From contig CAWAMP010000011.1 in the NCBI GenBank assembly GCA_963783255.1, positions 96,257 through 160,256 on the forward strand: a stretch of DNA of 64,000 bases, written 5' to 3'. Below, piece after piece: positions 57,866 to 64,000 of the stretch. Source of the DNA: an uncultured Acidobacteriota bacterium (GTDB taxonomy: Bacteria > Acidobacteriota > Vicinamibacteria > Vicinamibacterales > Fen-181). Each line of letters starts with the position of its first letter. Within the stretch, counting starts at the first letter, position 1. The notes under the pieces were generated by a model that worked only from the letters and a program-made list of their open reading frames with translations, was not told the DNA's origin and made no database searches. The translations under genes and the position numbers were made by a program.

Positions 57866-59489
57866 TCAGGTGAGCGCCGCAGGGAGGGCGCTCGGCGGGA
57901 CGGAAACTAGACGATTGGGCAGTATTCTCCATGTTTGGAGGGGTGTGTCAAGGGAAATACTCGGAGAGAAGGATTTGATACACGTCAGTCGGAGCTGCCT
58001 GTCTCGCCGAAGTCGCCCCTCGACGCTGCTCGGGGCGATCCTGAGCGCGGTCGAAGGATCGCGGAGCGACGAAGGCGGGTCGGTCGGGTGGTCGCCTGCG
58101 GGCCGGATGGCGATGGCGGCCGCGACGGCGAATAGCGCCGCAATGCCGGGGATCTGCAGGCTGAACTCCACGATGTCCTGAAGCGCGATGGCGACGAGGC
58201 CGGTGGTGGCGCCGACCCGAGTCCAGTAGCCCACCGTGTCGTCGGCGTTCTCCCGGAACCGGCGCCGGATCTCCCGACCGAGGATGAAGATGGCCGCGGC
58301 GGCGAGGAGCGCGAGCGCGAGCCCGCCCTCCGACAGAAGCTGCACGTAATCGTTGTGCGCCTCCACGTGGTGCGACTCGAATTGCGACGACTGGTAGAGC
58401 GTCGTCGCGGTGCCGAACGTGTTGAGGCCCGTGCCGAGCCAAGGAAATGCCAGGAAGATCCGCCAGGCGTCGTTCCAGATCTCCAGGCGGCCCCAGAAGT
58501 CCGTCGGGGCCTTCGCGAACCGTTCGAGCACGGCGTCCAGTCCGGCCCACCCGATGCTGCCGACACCGACGGCGGCGATGTACGCGAACGCAACGCGACG
58601 CTTCGAATCCGGCGGCCTGGCGGCGGATGACAAACCAGCCCGAGACGGCGAGCGCGATCAGAAAGCACGTCGTGCCGGAGCGCGACAGCGTGAGCACGAG
58701 CGAGAGCCCCATCACCAGGACGGCGAGCCCGACCAGCACAACCCGGCTCGCGTCGGGCGACGAGAACCACAGCAGGCGCTCGCGGACGCTCGGCCCGGCG
58801 CCGCGCATCCCGCGGGCGACGAGCGCGACGAAGTAGCCGATGGCGATCGGCAGCGCCAGAACCATCCACCCGGCGAAGTGGTTCCGGTTCACGAACGGGC
58901 CGAACGGGTAGGTGTTCCTGTTGATCGCCTGCCAGAAGCCGTAGATCCTGCGGACCGGTTCGGGGTCGCGCATGTAGAGGCCGGACTGGACGATGCCCGC
59001 GATCGCCACGACGAAGCCGACGAAGACGAGGCCGGACGCAAGGGTCCGGAGTGAGCGCTGCCCGAGGCCGCGCGCCGTCCCGACGAGCAGCGCCGCCAGC
59101 GCTCCGAACGCCGCGAGGCCGAGCCTCGTGCCTCGCGGGTCAATCGACAGGGGATGGCGATAGGCCGCGGCGCCGGTGGCCGTCGCGAGACTGTAGGCAA
59201 CGTCGTACTGGCGAAGGAAGTCGTCGGTGGCCGGGCTCAACGCCGCGATGGTCGCCGGCGCGAGCGGAATGAGCTGAACGAGGACGACGGCCGCGACGAG
59301 CGCCGCGATGACGACGAGGGGCCACGCGGGCGGGCGGCGGATGCGCGCGCCGGGCGCGAAGATCCCGAGGATGCCGATCGCCGCACCGGCCCAGAAGAGC
59401 GGCGTGTAGGCCCAGTCGTAGACGGCTCCGAACGCCAGTGCGCCCCAGGCGATCAGGAGCAGTAGCAGGACGGAGAAGTAGGGAGGCAC
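57866..59489 (-). CDS. O-antigen ligase / Wzy_C-family membrane protein; apparent frameshift near 58600-58635
   Basis: ORF 57948-59489 gives about 8 TM helices up to ...LTLSRSGTTCFLIALAVSGWFVI. ORF 57866-58633 continues with ...VAFAYIAAVGVGSIGW...EAHNDYVQLLSEGGLALALLAAAAIFILG. The last ~60 codons run through repeat DNA. Confidence 0.7.
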
Positions 59490-59500
59490 ACGGGTATTCT

Positions 59501-59578
59501 AGTCGGGACTTACGGTTGTCAGTCGGAACTTACGCGGTCAGTCGGGGCTGACGTTGTCAGTCCGGCCGTACGCTGGCG
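59501..59578. repeat. ~19-nt tandem array, CAGTCGGAACTTACGC-type units (4 units)
   Basis: agtcgggacttacggttgtc agtcggaacttacgcggtc agtcggggctgacgttgtc agtccggccgtacgctggcgg. It overlaps the last 13 codons and stop codon of the dus gene. Confidence 0.85.
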
Positions 59579-60554
59579 GTTGGGGTTCGAGGAAGAACTG
59601 CGAGACGGTTTCGCGCAGGGCTTGGATTGAAGGCGCGTGGTTGACGGCCTCGCGAAGGTGCGCGCCGCCCGACAGGCCGCGGGTGTACCACGCGCAGAGC
59701 GCGCGGAGCTTGTTGACGACCCAGCGAGGGTGCCCGGCTTCAGAACGATCGCCCGGCCCCTCGTCGAGCAGCATGTCGATGTATTCGAGCAGGAAGCGGC
59801 CGCGGTCGGCGAGCGAGACCTCGACGGGCGCGCGGCCGGCGCGCAGCGCATCGGCTTGCGCGAAGATCCACGGGTTGCGGAGCGCGCCGCGCCCGACCAG
59901 TACGCCAGCCACGCCGCTCTCGTTCATCCGCCGGACCATGTCGCCAGGCTCGATGCAGTCGCCGTTGCCGTATACCGGGATGGAGACCGCCCGCGCCACG
60001 CGCGCAATCAGGTCCCAGTCGGCACGTCCGGAATAGGACTGCGCCGCGGTCCGCCCGTGCACGGCAATGGCGGCCGCGCCGGCGGATTCGAGCCGGCACG
60101 CCAGGTCGGGCGCGTTCACCTCGCGGTCGCTCCAGCCGGATCGGATCTTGACAGTGACCGGGATCGACACGCTGCGGGCCATCGCCTCGACGATCGCCTC
60201 CGCCCTGGCCGGGTCTCGCATCAGGCTGCACCCGGCGCTGCCCTTCGCCACCTTCGGCACCGGACAGCCCATGTTCACGTCCACGACGTCCGCGCCGATC
60301 CCCTCGACCTGCCGCGCCGCGCGGGCCATGTGCTCCGGGTTGCCGCCGAAGATCTGCACGGCCACCGGCCGCTCATCCTCGGTAAACTCGGCGTACTCGA
60401 GCGTGCGGTCGAGGCCCCGCACCAACCCCTCGCTGCTCACCATCTCGGTCACGACCATGCCGCACCCGCCCTGTCGCTTCACCAGGCGGCGGAAGGCCGA
60501 GTCGGTCAGGCCGGCCATCGGGGAGAGGATGAAGGGGGAGGACAGTCGGAGCAT
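59538..60554 (-). CDS. tRNA-dihydrouridine synthase (Dus family)
   Basis: LSPMAGLTDSAFRRLVKRQGGCGMVVTEMVSSEGL...VAVQIFGGNPEHMARAA...DVNMGCPVPKVAKGSAGCSLM... Confidence 0.9.
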   Translation of the reverse strand: MLRLSSPFILSPMAGLTDSAFRRLVKRQGGCGMVVTEMVSSEGLVRGLDRTLEYAEFTEDERPVAVQIFGGNPEHMARAARQVEGIGADVVDVNMGCPVPKVAKGSAGCSLMRDPARAEAIVEAMARSVSIPVTVKIRSGWSDREVNAPDLACRLESAGAAAIAVHGRTAAQSYSGRADWDLIARVARAVSIPVYGNGDCIEPGDMVRRMNESGVAGVLVGRGALRNPWIFAQADALRAGRAPVEVSLADRGRFLLEYIDMLLDEGPGDRSEAGHPRWVVNKLRALCAWYTRGLSGGAHLREAVNHAPSIQALRETVSQFFLEPQPPAYGRTDNVSPD

Positions 60555-60560
60555 TCAGAC

Positions 60561-60655
60561 CAGTCGGGGCTGACGGTGTCAGTCGAATCTACGCTGTCAG
60601 TCGGAACTTACGCCGCCAGTCAGAACTTACGCCGCCAGCCAGAGTTACACGTTCC
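60561..60655. repeat. ~19-nt tandem array, same family (5 units, plus orientation)
   Basis: cagtcggggctgacggtgt cagtcgaatctacgctgt cagtcggaacttacgccgc cagtcagaacttacgccgc cagccagagttacacgttc. Confidence 0.85.
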
Positions 60656-61031
60656 GGTACTTTCGGTCGCTGCGGCGAAGGTAGCGAATCAGGGCGCCGA
60701 GCATGGTGGTGATCTCGAGCGCCTCCTGCCTCAACTCCGCGCTGCGCGCCCGTGACAGGTGGCCCGTGAGTTCGGCTGCTGTCAGATGGCTGCGCGTCTC
60801 CTCCGCCGACCCTGCGGCAATCGACAGGTAGCGCGCAAACGCGCGGTCAGTCGCCTGCCTGAAACCCTCGGAGATATTCGACATGATCGACTCGGCGCTC
60901 GCATTCAGCTGGTCGCCGAGCCAGTAATCGGATCGGAGGCTGCTCGTGACGGCAAAAACTGCAACGGCAAACGCCTTCGCCCGTTGAAAGACCTGCAAAT
61001 CCTCGACGCACGTGGCATGCATGCACGCCAC
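60645..61031 (-). CDS. four-helix-bundle protein (23S rRNA intervening-sequence protein family)
   Basis: DLQVFQRAKAFAVAVFAVTSSL...GDQLNASAESIMSNISEGFRQATDRAFARYLSIAAGSAEETRSHL, the typical family pattern. Confidence 0.8.
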   Translation of the reverse strand: MACMHATCVEDLQVFQRAKAFAVAVFAVTSSLRSDYWLGDQLNASAESIMSNISEGFRQATDRAFARYLSIAAGSAEETRSHLTAAELTGHLSRARSAELRQEALEITTMLGALIRYLRRSDRKYRNV

Positions 61032-61663
61032 TCTTGCACATCCCGGGCCAGCTCCCGGACCAGGGTGGTCCCGACTGACAGCCAGCGTCGACTGGCGTGA
61101 TTCGTCGACTGACGCGATCCTCCGACTGACAGCGAAGCCGCCGACTGACGTACCGTCAGGTACGGCTTCACATCAGCCGCGTCGACCGTCACCGCCACCG
61201 CCGAACTGATGAGATCGACCGACAGCACCAGCCGCGCGTTCGGGCCCTTCTTCACCAGAAGGCCGATGACGCCCTTCAGCGGGCCGTGCACCACCTCGAC
61301 GCGCGACCCTTCCTTCAGGAACGGGCACGGGTCGTACTGCAGGCCGCTCGTCACCAGGCGGCGGATGCCCTCCACGTCCGCGTCGGGCACCGTCGCCAGC
61401 TTGCCGTCGAACGACACGATCGACGCGACGCCGTTGCACGTGACCACCCGCATCGAGTCTCGCGGGTCGAAGCGGGCGAAACAGTATCCCGGAAACAGCG
61501 GCCAGTCGATCTTCTTCCGGCGATCCTTCCAGCGGCTCCAGCGGGTGACGGTCGGCAGGAAGACGTCGATGCCCTTCACGGCGATCTGGTCGTGAACGGC
61601 CTTCTCGGCGCGCGAACGCGTCCAGACGGCAAACCACGACAGCGACGAGGGCTCTTGTTCCAT
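60905..61663 (-). CDS. NusG/RfaH-like (UpxY-type) transcription antitermination factor; 3' end uncertain
   Basis: ATG 61661-61663. WFAVWTRSRAEKAVHDQIAVKGIDVFLPTVTRWSRWKDRRKKIDWPLFPGYCFARF (NGN domain), then KEGSRVEVVHGPLKGVIGLLVKK (KOW). Conserved sequence ends near ...AADVKPY (about 61160). The ORF then reads through the stop-free repeat array to 60905, overlapping the next gene. Confidence 0.7.
   Translation of the reverse strand: MEQEPSSLSWFAVWTRSRAEKAVHDQIAVKGIDVFLPTVTRWSRWKDRRKKIDWPLFPGYCFARFDPRDSMRVVTCNGVASIVSFDGKLATVPDADVEGIRRLVTSGLQYDPCPFLKEGSRVEVVHGPLKGVIGLLVKKGPNARLVLSVDLISSAVAVTVDAADVKPYLTVRQSAASLSVGGSRQSTNHASRRWLSVGTTLVRELARDVQEWRACMPRASRICRSFNGRRRLPLQFLPSRAASDPITGSATS
61071..61165. 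repeat. ~19-nt array, same family in inverted orientation (about 5 units)
   Basis: ccgactgacagccagcgt cgactggcgtgattcgt cgactgacgcgatcct ccgactgacagcgaagccg ccgactgacgtaccgtcagg. cgactgac is the reverse complement of gtcagtcg. Confidence 0.85.
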
Positions 61664-61701
61664 CTGGGAGAACGGGCCGGGCCGTGGTGCGGCTCCGACC
61701 C

Positions 61702-62794
61702 CTACTTCACGTTTTCGGCCGCTTCGAGCGCGACGCGCTGATCGTACAGCTTCTTCAGCTCGGCGTTCTTCCACTCGATGACCGCCTGCGAGCGGAGCTT
61801 CACCAGGTACTTGCTGAACTCGGCCGCCTGCTTCGTGTTGGCCACGCGGTTCCCAATCTCCTCGCGCGCCTGCTCCCACGGCAGGAGGGTCGCCGGGGTG
61901 AGCGAGTCCACCTTGTAGATCTGGTAGCCGTTCTGCGTGCGGATGACCTCCGTCATGTCCCCGGCCTTGAGCGGCGCCAGGATCTGCCGCAGCGCGGGCA
62001 CGACGTCGGGCAGGCTGATGGGCCCGATGAGCCCCCCGTTGGCCTTCGACGGCGCCTCCGACACGTCGGCCACGGCCTTTTCGAAGCTCTCGCCGGCCTT
62101 GAGCCTGGCGTACAACGCGTCGGCCTTGGCCTTGGCGGCTTCGTCCGCTCCGACGCTGAATCCCAGCTTGTTCGCCTGCACCGGAATCAGGATCTCGCGC
62201 AGCATCATCGTCGCCGGCGTGGTGAGTTCGGCCCTGTGCGCGTCGTAGTACGCCTTGGCCTCGTTCTCGCTGATCGAGAATCCGGCGCATCACCTCCTGC
62301 TCCTGCACCTGCTGGATGATGCCGTTCTTCTCGTAGCTGAGTCGCAGGTCGGCAATCGTCAGATTCTCGCTCTTGAGCGCGGCCGTGAACTGCTCCTCGG
62401 TTTCGATGTTGTTCTCTTTCTTGATTCTCTCGAGGAACTTCCTGAACTCGTCGTCTGAGGTCCGGAACCCGAGCTCGCGCCCGCGCTGCAGCAGCAGGAG
62501 TTCGTCCACGGCGAACACGATGATCTGCGGCGTGACCTGGGTGAGCAGCTTCGACAGCTCCGCGTCGGTGATCGTCGCCGGGTTGATCTTCTGGGACCGG
62601 AGGGCGGCGCTCTGACGTGTTTCGAGGTCGGTCTTGGTGATGATGTCGCTGTTCACCTTCACCAGCACCTGCTCGATGATGTCCTTTGCCGGAGCCTGCC
62701 CGACGGCCTCCCGGCCCGCGTGCACCGTGGCGACGCCGAGCGCCGCCAGGGCCAGGACAACGACGAAACGGCCGGCCGAAGAACGGTATGTCAT
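61702..62794 (-). CDS. SurA/PpiD-like periplasmic chaperone with parvulin PPIase domain; apparent frameshift near 62270-62290
   Basis: Start at ATG 62792-62794 with a signal peptide. SurA_N-like VLVKVNSDIITKTDLE...DELLLLQRGRELGF (frame of ORF 60905-62854). Then SISENEAKAYYDAHRAELTTPATMMLREILIP...GGLIGPISL...YQIYKV in the frame of ORF 61702-62208. Confidence 0.75.
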
Positions 62795-62932
62795 TGAACC
62801 TCTCGAACCCCTTATTTTACTGCGACTTAGTCCTTCGATGCACGAATACCGCAACGTGTTTGCGCCCTCAGCCTTCGATTGTGCTCGGGATGACCCTTGG
62901 CCCGCCGATGAGGCTGGCCTGCGTCGAATCGA

Positions 62933-64000
62933 TCAAACGAGGGCGCTGAGCACGCCGTGCACACGGGTCAGGACGCCGGATGGCCCCCGCGGGTCTTCCT
63001 TTTCCGGCCGCAGGATTGCCTCCTTGCTGAAACCGGCCGTGACCTCGCCCGCCGTGGCTCGCGCCGTCCACCAGGAGCCGCCTACGCCCTTGCGGGCTTC
63101 GGCGCCCGAGGCCTGCCCGTTGCGGCCTTCGGCGGGCCAGGGCCGTCCCGTTCGGGCTTCCGCGCCAGAGGCCTGGCCGGTTCGCGCGGCGGCGCTCAGA
63201 GCCTGACCCTTGCGAACATCGGCACGCGACGGATATCCCTGGCGGGCTTCGGCGCCCTGGCCACGGGGCCGCGCCTTCGCCGCCGTCCAGGCCAGGTCCA
63301 GCTTGAGGCTCGATGGCGGCGCGAGCGTCACGTCCGGGCGGTCGCCGATCAGCCGTAGGACGCGGTGCGGGTCGGGCCCGCCCTGCCCCTTGAATGTAAA
63401 GACGACGAGGGACCCCTGGCGGTCGATCGATTCGACGCCGATGCGGTCGGCGGCCACGCGGATGCGCCCGTAGTCCACCAGGTTGAGCACCTCGGCCGGC
63501 ATCGGGCCGTAGCGGTCCTCGATCTCCGCGACCACGGCGTCGAGTTCGGCGTCGCTTCGCGCGCCGGCCACGCGCCTGTAGAGCGCGAGACGCTGCGCCT
63601 GCTCGGGCACGTACTGCTCGTCGATGCGCAGATCGACATTCAGGTTCACGGTGGCGCGCGTCTCGTCCTCGATCTCCTCGCCCTTCAGCTCGCGGACGGC
63701 CTGCTCGAGCAGCTTCATGTACATCTCGAAGCCGATCGCCTCGATGTGCCCGCTCTGCTCGCCGCCGAGCAGGTTCCCTGCGCCGCGAATCTCCAGGTCG
63801 AGCGCCGCCACGCGGAACCCGCTGCCGAGGTCCGAGAACTCCCGGATGGCGGCCAGGCGCTTCCTGGCCACCGGCGACAGGTTGTCGCCCGGCGGAATCA
63901 GGAGGTAGGCGTAGGCCGGACGGTCCGATCGCCCGACGCGCCCGCGAAGCTGATACAGCTGGGACAGGCCGTATCGATCCGCGCGATTGATGACGATCGT
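62933..64000 (-). CDS. mfd: transcription-repair coupling factor, C-terminal part (gene continues beyond the right edge)
   Basis: The right-edge translation TIVINRADRYGLSQLYQLRGRVGRSDRPAYAYLL is helicase motif VI. Then ...RLAAIREFSDLGSGFRVAALDLEIRGAGNLLGGEQSGHI... and the TRCF C-terminal domain. Confidence 0.9.
   Translation of the reverse strand, partial: TIVINRADRYGLSQLYQLRGRVGRSDRPAYAYLLIPPGDNLSPVARKRLAAIREFSDLGSGFRVAALDLEIRGAGNLLGGEQSGHIEAIGFEMYMKLLEQAVRELKGEEIEDETRATVNLNVDLRIDEQYVPEQAQRLALYRRVAGARSDAELDAVVAEIEDRYGPMPAEVLNLVDYGRIRVAADRIGVESIDRQGSLVVFTFKGQGGPDPHRVLRLIGDRPDVTLAPPSSLKLDLAWTAAKARPRGQGAEARQGYPSRADVRKGQALSAAARTGQASGAEARTGRPWPAEGRNGQASGAEARKGVGGSWWTARATAGEVTAGFSKEAILRPEKEDPRGPSGVLTRVHGVLSALV
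63089..63270. repeat. six degenerate ~30-nt tandem units inside the mfd 3' region
   Basis: Units begin ttgcgggcttcggcgcc / ttgcggccttcggcggg / ttcgggcttccgcgcca / ttcgcgcggcggcgctc / ttgcgaacatcggcacg / tggcgggcttcggcgcc. They are translated as repeats of the type GQASGAEAR(K/T)G. Confidence 0.75.

Noticed and set aside
59501-61165. Could the ~19-nt arrays or the 7-nt arrays be CRISPR arrays?
   Set aside because: The units are contiguous and degenerate with no unique spacers, the unit lengths (7 and ~19 nt) are too short, and there are no cas genes in the window.

Overview
GC-rich bacterial chromosomal segment. Almost everything from about 62.8 kb down to 21.1 kb is on the minus strand. I recognised no rRNA, tRNA, CRISPR array, transposase or integrase. 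(i) 1-12.3 kb holds an EamA transporter fragment, a membrane GGDEF cyclase, a CsgG-like protein and the CopA P-type ATPase. It also holds a regulatory module: a PAS hybrid histidine kinase, a FliA/WhiG-type sigma factor behind a textbook sigma-54 promoter, a stand-alone 75-aa DHp-like protein and an NtrC-type response regulator. Small Dabb, Zn-ribbon and HAD proteins follow. (ii) 12.3-17.7 kb and 29.1-59.5 kb form a very large surface-polysaccharide locus. It includes a three-domain sugar-activation fusion, a nucleotide-sugar dehydrogenase, WecB, a WecA-like initiating transferase, several GT-B glycosyltransferases, a heparinase II/III-like protein and oxidoreductases. It also has Wzy-like and Wzx proteins, three SAM methyltransferases, a Wzc/Wza/outer-membrane-barrel export module and an O-antigen-ligase-like protein. 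(iii) 19.3-29.0 kb, embedded in that locus, is a lasso-peptide (RiPP) gene cluster, my best candidate for an undescribed system. It has two short precursor genes that are below the ORF-track cutoff and that I translated by hand, split B1/B2, cyclase C and an ABC exporter. It also has two HPr-kinase-like proteins, a nucleotidyltransferase and a PRMT-like methyltransferase fused to a PqqD/RRE-like tail. (iv) 59.5-64 kb holds a tRNA-dihydrouridine synthase, a four-helix-bundle protein, a NusG/RfaH-like factor, a SurA-like PPIase and a partial Mfd. Three further layers overlie the genes. There are several families of short repeats: a GC-rich REP-like palindrome, 7-nt tandem arrays, CAGCTGACAGC word arrays and ~19-nt arrays bracketing the four-helix-bundle gene, and some are translated into ORF ends. 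At least eight otherwise intact genes carry a single apparent frameshift, either assembly indels or pseudogenes. There is an 11-nt G tract inside the wza-like gene. All calls rest on my own reading of translations and motifs; no database search was possible.
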